From assembly GCA_963753345.1 (NCBI GenBank), contig CAVWBU010000027.1, positions 1-64,000 on the forward strand: a stretch of DNA of 64,000 nt, read 5' to 3'. Of the stretch, positions 35,558 to 45,988 are shown one piece after another. This stretch comes from an uncultured Fibrobacterota bacterium (GTDB lineage Bacteria > Fibrobacterota > Chitinivibrionia > Chitinivibrionales > FEN-1185). The number at the start of each line of letters is the position of its first letter. Position 1 is the first letter of the stretch. The translations under genes were made by a program, and so were the position numbers. Under the pieces are notes generated by a model, which saw only the letters and a list, made by a program, of their open reading frames with translations, was not told the DNA's origin and searched no databases.

Positions 35558-38500
35558 ATGAAGAAACTTCCCGTCTGGATCATTGTCGTGTGGTGCGCGC
35601 TGGCGATATGCGGCGTGCTTGCGATGGTGATTGGCGCGCTTGTTAAGCTCCCCGCGCTCCTTCAATGGCTGCCCGGCGCACTGGTTCTCGCCGGTGATGC
35701 GATCTGGGTGACGCTGCGGCTCGCGCTCGGAAGGTCGAAGAAAAAACAGACAAATTTCTTTTCCGGAAGCCAGACGGTATTCGCACGGGTCGCCAGGGAA
35801 ACCAACGAGGCGGTCGACAGGTACCTCGGCGCTGTGGTGCGCAAGGGTCTGCTCGGCAAGAGCGCGCTGTACGAACGGCCGTGGTTCCTGTTGTGCGGCG
35901 GTGAGAAATCAGGGAAGACGTCGCTGCTGCGCGGTGCGGGGCTCAATTTCCGGCTCCGGTACCCTTCGGAAAAAGACGGCATGGTGCTCGACGGCCCGGG
36001 GCAGATCACGTGGCACTTTGCAAACGAGGCGGTGTGGATCGACACGCCGGGCGCTCTCATGTCCGACGAGGGAAAGGACACCTGGCAGGCGTTTGTCGCG
36101 TCGCTGTCGCATGTCCGTCCCGAACGGCCTGTGGACGGCGTGGCGCTCGTGGTGAGCGCGGCCGACGTCCTCAACGCCGACGACAGGATGATCAAGGAAA
36201 TGGCTTCCACGCTGCGGCGGAGAATCGACGAGCTCATCGCCGCGTGGACCATCGAATTTCCGGTGTATCTCGTTTTCAACCACGCCGACGGGATTCCCGG
36301 CTTCGCCGAATACTTCGGAGACCAGCTCACCCGGGCGCAGGAGCAGATCTTCGGCGCGACACTGTCGGCCGACCTTGACAAAATGCTTCCGCGGATCGCG
36401 TTTGCGCAGGAATTCTCCCTTCTTTGCAGGTCGCTCACCGATCTGCGCGTCGACAAGCTGTACAAGGAGAAGGACGAAGCCCGGCGCCGAATGATATGCC
36501 GGTTCGTCATCCACTTCGAAGGAATCCAGGAAAAACTCGGCGCCTTTGCCGCCGAGCTGTTCAAACCGAGCAGCTACGAAGGCAGGCCGCTTTTCCGGGG
36601 GTTCTATTTTACCAGTTGCATCGAGATTGCTTCGGGCGAATCGCGGGACGAGACCGCCCGCCAGCCCGATGTCGGCCAGACCATTGCAAGCCACCCGCTC
36701 AATCCGCGCAGGATGCTCTCGCCGGAAGCGTTGCAGCCGAAGGCCGCAGCCACGTCCGAAGTGAAATCGCTGTTCGTGCTGCCCCTGTTCCGCGAGCTCA
36801 TGGTGCGCGGAAAGGAACTCGTGACGGCCACGCAGAAGCGCACGCGCCGTCAATTTCTCCGGCACTACCTTATCACCGCGGGCATCGCGGCAGCTGCGTG
36901 CCTCATTGTCGGTCTCATGGTTTCGGGACTCTTCACCTCGCGCGAGCTGCTCGAATCGGTCCAGGCCGACCTTTCGGCCGCGCCGCCGTCCGCTGAAGGC
37001 GGCCCTCTTGGGCAGTTTGCCTCGCTTGACGCCGAGGGAAAGGCGGTGGCGCGGCTCCAGGGATACGAGGACCGGGGCGCGCCCGTGCTTGCGTGGGCGT
37101 TCGGGTTCTACCGCGGCCGCGAGGCGCTGGACCGGCTCAGGGTCGCGTATTTCGCAAAAATCAACAGTCTGATTGTCTCCCCGGCCGTCAAGTATCTCGA
37201 ATACCAGCTGTGGGACAAGGTGCAGGGATACGGCGAGCTTGCCGGGCCGGATTACGACAACCTGTACAGCGCGCTCAAGGCATACCTTTCCATATCGGAA
37301 ACCATGACCGGCCGCCCGAAGGACATCGACACCGTGTTTCTGCGCCCGGTGTTGCTCGACGCGATACAAAAGTCGCTCATGAGCGTCCAGAACGGCGCTG
37401 CGCGGCTGCCCGAACAGGTCGAAAAGATCCTCAGCGAAAACATGGGCGTGTACCTGCTGTTCCTCAAACGCCAGGCCATCCCGCCCATCCAGGAAAACCA
37501 GCGTCTGGTGACGCTCGCGCGCACGAAGCTGCGCCGCCTGCCGAGCGCGCAAGCGCTGTACGAGTCGGTGATCAACCGGGTGAGCCAGGACGCGCCGTCC
37601 ATTTCGCTCGACCAGATCCTGGCCCGCAAAGAGGAGGGCATCCTCAAGGCCGGCCGCGCCATCAGCGTCCTTTACACGCAGGAAGGCTGGGACAAGTTCG
37701 TGGCCGACGCCGTGGCCAGGGCCGCGGCCGACCCCTTCAAACTCGACTGGGTGATAGGCCTTTCTGCCGACCAGGTCCCCGGCGAGACGCTTGACAAGAA
37801 GAAACTATACGCAGACATGGTCGCCGCGTATCTCGCCGATTTCACCTCCCAGTGGCTCGGGTTCATCGCTTCCGTCAAGATCGATCCGTTCGGCGACCTG
37901 GGCAGGACCCAGCGCATTCTGCTCAAGCTCACCGCGGAGAAATCGGAGCTGGCCGTGCTGCTGGCCACGGTGGCCGACTACACCGTGCTCAAGAAGGAGA
38001 GCGTGGCCGACAAGGCCGGCGGCGCCGTTCTTGATGCAGCGTCAAAAGTCCCGGGCGGGCAGGCCCTGGCCGCAACTGCGGCCAAGGCGCAGAACGAGGC
38101 GAACAAGGCCGAAGGCGCGCTTGCGTTCTCCCTGGGGCAGAAGTCGCCGTTCGATGACCTTAACGCCACGTTCGATCCGCTGCGGTCGTTCGCGCGTTCC
38201 ACCGGAGGCGCGCTGAGCGGATACGAAGGCTACCGCGACAAGATACAGACGCTCGCGTCGAAAATCGCGGCGCTTGAAACGCAGGGCGAGGACAACGCGC
38301 CCGCCGTGTTCACCGGCAGGGACGACGATCCGCTCCTTTGCTGCTGGAAGTTCTCGCAGGCCGCGCTCGCCAATATGCCCGACAACCTCGCTTCGTCGCT
38401 CAAGGGCGTTCTCATGCAGCCGGTGGACAATGCCGCGGCGGCGGCCGCGTCCGTGCTCACGCGCGCGCTCACGGCGCGCTGGCATTCCGAAATTGTAAAG

Positions 38501-39187
38501 CCGTTCACGGCCAAGTTCTCCGGGAAATACCCGTTTTCGCCGAGGGGCGAGGACGCCGCGTTCGCCGACGTCATGGATTTCTTCCGTCCGCAGACCGGTA
38601 CATTCTGGGGGTTCTACGATCGCGTTCTCACGCCGTATCTCGTTAAAACGGCCTCGGGGTGGATGGTGAAACCCGTCGGGAGCCTCGCGCTCAATTTCAA
38701 CCCGCAGCTCGCTTCGTCGCTGGTGAGCGCGGAGCGCGTGCGCGACATTTTCTTCAAGCCGGACGGCACGGTGAGGCCTTTGTCAATCACCATGACGCCG
38801 TCCGCGTCCAACAAGAACAGCGCGAAACTCGAGGTGAACGGCCAGACGTTCGACCTCGCGCCCGGCGGACGGCCGGTCACGGTGACCTGGCCCAACGACG
38901 CAACGCCCCCCGGCGCCGCGCTCAAGATAAGCGTGAGCTCCGACTTCACCCAGGACATCTCCTTTGGCGGCCAATGGGGGTTTCTCAGACTCATGCAGGT
39001 CGCGCATGTCAACAAACTCAACGCCTCGACGCTCAACGCCCGCTGGCAGTCGAACGTTCAGAACATGTATATGGTGGTTATGGAATACCGGGTGCAGGTG
39101 TCGGGGACCGACCACCCGTTCGGCGACCCGGTCTTTTCGGAGTTCAATTGCCCGACGGAATTGTTTGTTGGAGAGGGGAAAAAGTAG
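35558..39187 (+). CDS. tssM: Type VI secretion membrane subunit TssM/IcmF
   Basis: N-terminal TMs, PWFLLCGGEKSGKTS, IDTPG, RGFYFTS, KYPFSP, GQWGFLRL; 1209 aa. Confidence 0.93.
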   Translation: MKKLPVWIIVVWCALAICGVLAMVIGALVKLPALLQWLPGALVLAGDAIWVTLRLALGRSKKKQTNFFSGSQTVFARVARETNEAVDRYLGAVVRKGLLGKSALYERPWFLLCGGEKSGKTSLLRGAGLNFRLRYPSEKDGMVLDGPGQITWHFANEAVWIDTPGALMSDEGKDTWQAFVASLSHVRPERPVDGVALVVSAADVLNADDRMIKEMASTLRRRIDELIAAWTIEFPVYLVFNHADGIPGFAEYFGDQLTRAQEQIFGATLSADLDKMLPRIAFAQEFSLLCRSLTDLRVDKLYKEKDEARRRMICRFVIHFEGIQEKLGAFAAELFKPSSYEGRPLFRGFYFTSCIEIASGESRDETARQPDVGQTIASHPLNPRRMLSPEALQPKAAATSEVKSLFVLPLFRELMVRGKELVTATQKRTRRQFLRHYLITAGIAAAACLIVGLMVSGLFTSRELLESVQADLSAAPPSAEGGPLGQFASLDAEGKAVARLQGYEDRGAPVLAWAFGFYRGREALDRLRVAYFAKINSLIVSPAVKYLEYQLWDKVQGYGELAGPDYDNLYSALKAYLSISETMTGRPKDIDTVFLRPVLLDAIQKSLMSVQNGAARLPEQVEKILSENMGVYLLFLKRQAIPPIQENQRLVTLARTKLRRLPSAQALYESVINRVSQDAPSISLDQILARKEEGILKAGRAISVLYTQEGWDKFVADAVARAAADPFKLDWVIGLSADQVPGETLDKKKLYADMVAAYLADFTSQWLGFIASVKIDPFGDLGRTQRILLKLTAEKSELAVLLATVADYTVLKKESVADKAGGAVLDAASKVPGGQALAATAAKAQNEANKAEGALAFSLGQKSPFDDLNATFDPLRSFARSTGGALSGYEGYRDKIQTLASKIAALETQGEDNAPAVFTGRDDDPLLCCWKFSQAALANMPDNLASSLKGVLMQPVDNAAAAAASVLTRALTARWHSEIVKPFTAKFSGKYPFSPRGEDAAFADVMDFFRPQTGTFWGFYDRVLTPYLVKTASGWMVKPVGSLALNFNPQLASSLVSAERVRDIFFKPDGTVRPLSITMTPSASNKNSAKLEVNGQTFDLAPGGRPVTVTWPNDATPPGAALKISVSSDFTQDISFGGQWGFLRLMQVAHVNKLNASTLNARWQSNVQNMYMVVMEYRVQVSGTDHPFGDPVFSEFNCPTELFVGEGKK

Positions 39188-39369
39188 ACGGGTTTTTCTC
39201 CCGATTTTCTTTACGAAATCGGCGAAACTCTTGCGCGCTCCTCGTCGGCGGCTTGACAGTATCCCGCTTGCGGCCCCGCAACGATGATGGTGGAAATTCA
39301 TACGCCGCGATCCCGGTAGCCCGCCCAAACGCCAGATCCTCTCCAAGGAAATATTCTTGAAGCAAAGTC

Positions 39370-40059
39370 TTGACAAAGGCCCGTCAATATGGTTTATTAT
39401 GCTTGTATGACCCTTGGGGCGCACGGAAAGCCCTTGACATATCAGGGACGGATGCGGCTGGAAACGTGGTGATCGGCACCACAGGGTTTGTACTTGACAC
39501 GAGCGGATATGGTGCGACTGGGACAAACACGCTGGTGTACAGGCACAAGCCGGGGACACAGTATCCAGTGACGTGTTTGGTGGCGCCACAGACAAATCTG
39601 GAATGGAGGGATTATACGTTTACGGATACAATAATCAAGCCCTCCGGTTCGGTTTATGACAGTGTGGATTTATACGTGCCCTTCTACTACACGGACAGTA
39701 GCCATTCATATGAATTGGGGTTCACGCAGAACGGCGTCGTTCTGAACGGGGGCGGGTTTAAGGATTCGCTGTTGCTGCCAGGCGCAAAGATCAGTGGCGG
39801 CGACACGTTATCCTTTGCGATAACGGCGACAACCAATCCGGTTGGAGATGTGCCGGATAAAGATGTGCTGATAGTCCTAAATTGCAACAAAAATGGAGCG
39901 AGCATTCTTAATAATGCTCAGTATTCTGATGATTCGCCAAGCAGAGTGCTAAGTGGCTATCCCTGTTTCAAAGTTGATTTTAGCAACATCGTCAATTTGA
40001 ACAATCGTAGCATGTTGCCGTTAAGATTCAAAGTTGCCAAAGTGCAAAAGGTAAATTAG
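39370..40059 (+). CDS. Hypothetical beta-rich protein, possibly a 5'-truncated fragment
   Basis: Open 229 codons, no convincing start or RBS, lower GC. Confidence 0.45.
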   Translation: MTKARQYGLLCLYDPWGARKALDISGTDAAGNVVIGTTGFVLDTSGYGATGTNTLVYRHKPGTQYPVTCLVAPQTNLEWRDYTFTDTIIKPSGSVYDSVDLYVPFYYTDSSHSYELGFTQNGVVLNGGGFKDSLLLPGAKISGGDTLSFAITATTNPVGDVPDKDVLIVLNCNKNGASILNNAQYSDDSPSRVLSGYPCFKVDFSNIVNLNNRSMLPLRFKVAKVQKVN

Positions 40060-40084
40060 CATGCATATCTGTTCGGGGGTGCAA

Positions 40085-41093
40085 ATGAAGAGGATACTCA
40101 CATTATTTCTTCTATTTCTCAACCTTAGAGCTTATCCGTAAATAATGATTTGGGCTGCAACCGGCTGCAAAAACCGCCTGCTTTGTCAGGCTGCATCGGC
40201 GTATCGCCATGTGATACGCCTGCTTCGCCTTTCGCGCATGCGGCTTTTTCGCTCGGTTTCGCCATCAAACCTTATTCACGGATAAGCTCTTAGTGTCTAT
40301 GGTTCTCAAGAAGGAGGATTAATTTTCTCTGGAATTGATACTATAAACACGAGGAATCAAGTTGGATTTGATTTTGTTATCCAGAAAAGTTGTACCGTAG
40401 GCATTATTAGCGCACCTTATACTTGTGTAAACCACTTTCTCTTCACATTCAACGCAAATAAATATGATTTGGCTCCGGACGCGCAAGAGGGGCCTGCATA
40501 TTGTATAACCGTGGGGAAAACTAATCTTGATTCGATCAAAACCGCCCCGTCAGACAGTCTTTTTTCAAGTCAACCGATTGCGCACGGAGACAACATTCCC
40601 GTATACTCCCTCTCCTCCCGCATCGGCAACGTCTACCTCCTCAAGACCTCCACCGACCCGCGGCCGGCTATGGGGCACACGCGTTTTATGCCAAAGATCA
40701 GGATTCTCAAATTCATAGTCGTTGATAGCGCAAGTCATAGCATTAAAATGGTGTTTCTGTGGGCATCCAATGAGCGGTACCGGAGATCTTACCACCTCCG
40801 GCCTCGACACCTTCCATCTCGACACGGTTCCCACGGCTATCCGGGAGAACAGTCTCGCGGTATCACGCCATTCCCGGTTTGCAGGCAGCGGGCAGGTTTT
40901 CAAAGTTGTTGGGGATGTGTTTACCGTTCCCAAAGAGCTTGTCGGCCCAGGCGCATCCGTTACCGTGTTCGATTTGAGCGGGAGAAGGCTGGGAACCGTG
41001 AGGATTGGACAGGAGAGGAGCGTTGATTTGAGAGGATACGGGATACGCAACGGGGTGAGGGTGGTGAGGGTGGAGAATTTTGTTCTGAAATAA
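40085..41093 (+). pseudogene. Disrupted secreted protein with T9SS-like tail (MITE insertion plus frameshift)
   Basis: Removing 40128-40292 restores MKRILTLFLLFLNLSVYGSQEGG... in frame with ORF 40469; a shift near 40770 leads into the ...VFDLSGRRL... tail. Confidence 0.75.
40128..40289. mobile_element. 162-bp MITE with TTA target-site duplication
   Basis: TIRs GAGCTTATCCGTAAATAA / TTATTCACGGATAAGCTC; TTA at 40125-40127 and 40290-40292. Confidence 0.88.
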
Positions 41094-41490
41094 CCTCACC
41101 CCCGGCCTGCTTCGACTTCGCTCAGCACAGGCTCTCTCCGCCCGGAGAGGGGAGAATGGAAGCCGTGAAACATACTGTGACAAGCGGTGTGGTTGCACTG
41201 CAATACGTGGATGATTACAAGAAACGACAGTGCCGCGCTTTTTTGAATCCCACAGCGAGCGCATTCCTCGAAGCTTGCTTCGGGGCAAGCGAGCGACTAT
41301 AAGTATGTTCTTTTTCCATAGGGATGGAAGATTCCTCGCAGCTTGCTGCGGGGTTCTTCAAAGGCGCGGTCTAAGCGAAATCCGGTTCTCCAACGATGAA
41401 ATCACAAATAACATGCCGAAGGTACTTCAAAAAATGGGTGCCCGAAAATTCCCCTCTCCGGGCGGAGAGGGGATACAGGGGTGAGGTTAC
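41094..41490. repeat. Nested REP-like palindromes, including copy 2 (41245-41361) of the 5083 element
   Basis: CCTCACCCC...CTCTCC..GGAGAGGGG at left, inverted CCCCTCTCC..GGAGAGGGG...GGGGTGAGG at right. Confidence 0.75.
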
Positions 41491-41637
41491 AAGGGATGTA
41501 CAAGGCGGATGGAATTTTGATCATTTGGTAAAAGCGCGCACAAGGACGCTTCTCGGGTCTGTAAATGTGCTTGAAGGATATCGACCGTTAGGTAAAATTA
41601 ATGGCGAAAAGGGTTTGATTCGTGAAAGAGGAAATTG

Positions 41638-42330
41638 ATGTTTAAACATCAAACGTTGTCTCTCTTACTGGTTGAGGTGGTGCTTTTATTTATTAGCTGC
41701 GGCCTGCAAAATAGTACAACAACTACCGTCAGTGTTGATCCTGCGGCCCTTATTTATCCACGGCAGATCAAAAGAGGATCGTCAATTGTATTGGAAGTGG
41801 GTTACATGTACGATCCCAACTTGGCTTTTCGCGGTAGTGTAAGTAGAAAGGACAATGTTTACAATGTAGTACTTAAAGGGATAGAGACAGATATCAATTC
41901 TAACCCGTTCCCAAGTGGATTGTATACGTGCCCATTAGACTTGGGAGTCTTTGATTCGCAGACCACTTATAGAGTGATAATAAATAATGCTGTGGGCGGC
42001 ATGTTCGACGTCCAGTGTACAACAGGCGTGTATGACTCAATGGCCTTTCCAATCAGCTATGAATATTACGTCAAGACATCTAACGCCCTTTTTAACGCCG
42101 ATACTCTGAATGGGTTTGAAGCATGGATTGCCGACAGTACGCAAGATTCGTTGTATACCGTTATCCCATTGCTTCGGACTGGAAATGGATATTGGAAATC
42201 TGGTTTTAAAAGCTACGTTGATTCGATGTTTATTCACCTAATTCCATTAGGTGTATTGACTTCAACATCTCAAATTTCCCTCTTTCGACTGACAATAGAG
42301 GATAGGGTTAGAATATGTGTCTTAAAATAA
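41638..42330 (+). CDS. Hypothetical lipoprotein, AT-rich
   Basis: Lipobox-like FISC after a hydrophobic stretch; GAGG RBS. Confidence 0.65.
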   Translation: MFKHQTLSLLLVEVVLLFISCGLQNSTTTTVSVDPAALIYPRQIKRGSSIVLEVGYMYDPNLAFRGSVSRKDNVYNVVLKGIETDINSNPFPSGLYTCPLDLGVFDSQTTYRVIINNAVGGMFDVQCTTGVYDSMAFPISYEYYVKTSNALFNADTLNGFEAWIADSTQDSLYTVIPLLRTGNGYWKSGFKSYVDSMFIHLIPLGVLTSTSQISLFRLTIEDRVRICVLK

Positions 42331-42382
42331 AGACAATGGCAAAATAAAATTCACCTAGGACGTGGAAGGCGGATGGCGGAAT

Positions 42383-42859
42383 TTACAGCACCTGCCCCTT
42401 TGTCTTCGAATACTCCTTGATGATCCTCACAAACCGGTATATCGAGCTGATCGTTCTGGCCGAAATTCGGTGCCAATTATGGTTCGTAATAAAAGTTCCC
42501 CCGCCTGCCGTCTTGCGGATGTGGCCGGCCAGGTCCATAAGGACCTCGATCTGGTCCGGGTTGAGAGGGATCACGACGCGCCCGGGGTCGCGCTGCACGG
42601 TCCCGCCGTATATTTCCACGAGATCAACAATTCCCTGGCTCAGCGGAATTGAACCCAGCAGTTCAAAAACGAATTTCCCGCGTGCGCCCACGGTGACGAA
42701 CATGGAGCAGAACTGCGTGAGATCGTCGTTATCATCCATGTCGTCAATCTGGATCGCGGAATCCTTCCTGAGTGTTCCTGTAAGAAACTCCTTTTCACCG
42801 AGATAGGCCTCTGCCAGGTACTGTCTGAGCCGTGCCGACATAGCAGTCTTCCTATGCAC
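42383..42859 (-). CDS. Hypothetical protein
   Basis: 158-aa ORF with protein-like composition; start may be 42841. Confidence 0.6.
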   Translation of the reverse strand: MHRKTAMSARLRQYLAEAYLGEKEFLTGTLRKDSAIQIDDMDDNDDLTQFCSMFVTVGARGKFVFELLGSIPLSQGIVDLVEIYGGTVQRDPGRVVIPLNPDQIEVLMDLAGHIRKTAGGGTFITNHNWHRISARTISSIYRFVRIIKEYSKTKGQVL

Positions 42860-43030
42860 CTGTTGCCGCCGGGCCGGTGCGCCTGCCGCACATGGATTGA
42901 TTTAAAAAAGATACTTGGTTCGCCGGACGCCTGCCAACTATTCATGGGTTGCGTTCAGGAACAGCGGGAAAGTCTGCGGAATCCTGCGGCAGGCGTGGTG
43001 AGGCGATTTGCTTTCCAATCAGTTTTTTTC

Positions 43031-43059
43031 TTGACCGCGGCCTGTCGTACAAATAATAT
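43031..43059 (+). promoter_or_regulatory. Sigma70-type promoter upstream of the cold-shock gene
   Basis: TTGACC-N17-TAATAT. Confidence 0.5.
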
Positions 43060-43129
43060 TTAGAGGCATGGATATCAGTATGATATCCTGTTTTATTTTA
43101 CAATTAAATTTTAAGAAAGGTTGTTGTTT

Positions 43130-43336
43130 ATGGCGACAGGAGTTGTAAAGTGGTTCAACAGGTCCAAAGGCTACGGCTTCATCAAACCCGATGACGGCTC
43201 GAAAGACGTGTTTGTTCATTTCTCCGCCATTATCGGCGAAGGCGTGAAGGATCTCAAGGAAGGCGAAAAGGTTGAGTTCGAAATCGTTGTGAATCAGAAG
43301 GGACCGAATGCGAAAGATGTGAAGGTGGTCGCATAG
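43130..43336 (+). CDS. Cold-shock protein (CspA family)
   Basis: [22 protein letters not shown]. Confidence 0.97.
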   Translation: MATGVVKWFNRSKGYGFIKPDDGSKDVFVHFSAIIGEGVKDLKEGEKVEFEIVVNQKGPNAKDVKVVA

Positions 43337-43380
43337 TCCCGCAGATTCGCGTTTTTGACGGATAAGCAGACTATCGCCGG

Positions 43381-43411
43381 ATGCCGTACTTTTCAGTACG
43401 GCATTTTTTTT
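43381..43411 (+). terminator. Rho-independent terminator
   Basis: ATGCCGTACT-TTTC-AGTACGGCAT followed by a T tract. Confidence 0.85.
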
Positions 43412-43513
43412 GCTTTCCGGCGAAACCGCGCTTACCTTGCGGTCGAGCATTTTATATTTTTGTAAAGAACAGGCCGCCTCTTTTTTCACCCGGCAGGTCC
43501 GCTCGACACGCAC

Positions 43514-45985
43514 ATGGCAAACCGCATGCCGCCATTTCTCATCACTTCGCCTGACGGCCGCGCACGAGTGCGCGCGGCCGGGCAACGAACCCTGTTTGTT
43601 CTGTGGGTCCTGTTCGCCATTTTGTGCCGGGATGCCTGGGGCGCAACGAAAGGTGCCTTTCTTCAGGAACAATTTGCAGACCTCGATTCTCTGTTGTTGC
43701 GGACTGCGGCGCTCCCCAAGTCAAGTTTGAAGGAGAACGAACCCGTCAACGCGTTTTTCCATAGGCTTCTCGGGCGGTACCCCGAAATCGTGCAGATTTT
43801 GCGCACCAATGCAAAAGGAACCATCGTGAACGATGCGGAGCCGCTTGGCAGGCCGGAGGAACTGCGCGTCAATGCGTCGGACAGCGCCTGGCATGCCAAT
43901 CCGTGCAGAAACCTCGGGCCATGGCACAGTCCTCTCATGAAGGATAACCGGCGGCCCTACCTTGTCTGGAGCAGGCCGTTGACGGTGCGCACGGCAATCG
44001 GCAGGCAACAGTTCCACGGCGTGGTGGCATTCAAGATCGACGTGTTCGCGTGTTTCAAGAATTTCGCGGCGCATGTCGACGGCCCTTTCGAGATCCTGCT
44101 TGACGGCAGGAGTTTTTACTACCTTTCGTGGTCGGACACCATTCCTTTCAACGAAACGAGCGTGGTGATTCCCGGCGCCATTGTGCTCGCCCTTCGCCTG
44201 CCGAAAGCCGTGGGGGAGGTCCGGACGCCGCCGGCCGCCGGGCCGCAGGCGGCCGAACGCGCCGCACCGGTTCCGCGCCCGACCGAGGCCGAATCGTTGA
44301 CAAAAGAGGAAGACGGCGGCGCGGCTTTGCAGGGCGAAGTTCCCGTGCAGCGGAGCAGGGTGTCCGGCGACCTGTGGCTGTGGGTTGCAGCCGTTGCCCT
44401 GATTCTGGCGGGGGTGTTCGGCGCGGTGTTTATTGCCGGCCGCGCGCGAAGGCGCGCCGCACGGGACAGAACCGGCCCGGATGTCGGCGCGCCGGACTGG
44501 GCAAAGGAGTCGGCCGACATTGCCGCCCATGCCGGTTCAACGGATGCGGCCGAAGAGGTGACGGAAATCGGCGCCGGGGCGGCGTCCGCTCCGGCTGCTG
44601 CGCCGGAGGAGCTTTCCGATTTGCAAACAAGCGGCGCGCCGCCGCCTGGTAATGCTGCGCCGGATGCGGCCTCCGAGGCCCAACAGGCGGATGCGGAGCC
44701 GGTGCTTGGTCCCGACGACCGGCAGCGCATCAGAAACGAGGAACGCAAGCGGGTCGAAGAACAATACGCGCAGGAGATCCGCGCCGGGCTGCGCGAAGCC
44801 CTTACGGCCGAGATCAGGGCCGGGCTGGCCGCCGAAGTCCGGGCGGAGGTGGAGGCCAATGAGCGGGACGCAATTTACAAGAAGGAACGTGAGGCGCTCA
44901 CGTCGACGGTGCGGCGGGAACTCGCCGAACAGGACCGGCCGACGGTCGTCGAAATGCAGAGAAAACGTCTCTTCGCCGAAATAAGCGAAAGCGTCACGAA
45001 GTCGCTTTCCGCAGAATACGAGGAAAAGGCGCGCGCCGCGCTCCAGGCGGAGGTGGCGAAAAAGGTCGCGGACAAGGAGGCGGACCGCATCCGCAACGAG
45101 GAAACCGAACGGCTCAGGGAAACGCTGCGCGCAAGGATCATCGAAGAGGAAGCGCCGAAACTTGCCCGCACCATGCGCGAGAGCCTGGCTCGGGAAATCC
45201 GCGAAAAACTGGAAACGGGCGAGGGGGACGTGATCCGGAAGGGAATCCTGGCCGAAATAAGGGCCGGCGTCCGGGATGAACTTCTCGCCACCGAGCGCGT
45301 GAGGATCCGCGCCGAACAGCTTGAAAAGCTTGAGCGCGAACTGAGCGGTGAAATCGTTGCCGCGGAGAAGGAGAAAATCAGATCCGCGCTCCTTGACAAA
45401 GTGGCGCGCGAGGAGCGCGAGCGCGTTGAATCCGAAGACCGGCCGGCTATTCTCGAGGCGGAACGCAGCCGCCTGCTGGCCGAGGAATCGCCAGCATTGC
45501 GCGAAGAACTCCGCCGGAAGATACGGAGCCAGGAGATGGAGGCCATTCGAGAATCGGTGAAGTCGGAGATCTATCTGGAAACGGTGCAGGCGATACGCAA
45601 CGGACTGGAAGAGAAATACGCGTCTGCCGTAAAGGACCAGCTCGCGGGCATGAAGCAGGGACTTGGCAAGAAAGCGCGTACCGATTTAAAAAGCGGTCTT
45701 GAGCACGACTACGTCGGACTTACCGAAGGCGTCGAGCATCTCCTTGGGTTTCTTGCCGACAGCGAAGCTCTCAAGTCGCTTGGACAGACCGTTACGCTTC
45801 TGTCCGAAGAGAAGAAGAAGTACAAGTACTTCAACCTTAATGCCGTCCAGACCGAAAGCCTTCTTGATTACCTGAAGCGCGTTCATGCGCGTTTCAGCAT
45901 ATATCTCGATGACGTTGACCAGCGGGTGCGGGGCCTTATGCTCAAACTTGGCAGTCTCAAGAACAAACTTGACAGCGAGGAGTGA
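43514..45985 (+). CDS. Membrane protein: periplasmic Cache/PDC-like region, TM, long cytoplasmic coiled coil
   Basis: 823 aa; two hydrophobic segments; E/R-rich 24-aa repeats. Confidence 0.75.
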   Translation: MANRMPPFLITSPDGRARVRAAGQRTLFVLWVLFAILCRDAWGATKGAFLQEQFADLDSLLLRTAALPKSSLKENEPVNAFFHRLLGRYPEIVQILRTNAKGTIVNDAEPLGRPEELRVNASDSAWHANPCRNLGPWHSPLMKDNRRPYLVWSRPLTVRTAIGRQQFHGVVAFKIDVFACFKNFAAHVDGPFEILLDGRSFYYLSWSDTIPFNETSVVIPGAIVLALRLPKAVGEVRTPPAAGPQAAERAAPVPRPTEAESLTKEEDGGAALQGEVPVQRSRVSGDLWLWVAAVALILAGVFGAVFIAGRARRRAARDRTGPDVGAPDWAKESADIAAHAGSTDAAEEVTEIGAGAASAPAAAPEELSDLQTSGAPPPGNAAPDAASEAQQADAEPVLGPDDRQRIRNEERKRVEEQYAQEIRAGLREALTAEIRAGLAAEVRAEVEANERDAIYKKEREALTSTVRRELAEQDRPTVVEMQRKRLFAEISESVTKSLSAEYEEKARAALQAEVAKKVADKEADRIRNEETERLRETLRARIIEEEAPKLARTMRESLAREIREKLETGEGDVIRKGILAEIRAGVRDELLATERVRIRAEQLEKLERELSGEIVAAEKEKIRSALLDKVAREERERVESEDRPAILEAERSRLLAEESPALREELRRKIRSQEMEAIRESVKSEIYLETVQAIRNGLEEKYASAVKDQLAGMKQGLGKKARTDLKSGLEHDYVGLTEGVEHLLGFLADSEALKSLGQTVTLLSEEKKKYKYFNLNAVQTESLLDYLKRVHARFSIYLDDVDQRVRGLMLKLGSLKNKLDSEE

Positions 45986-45988
45986 CCA

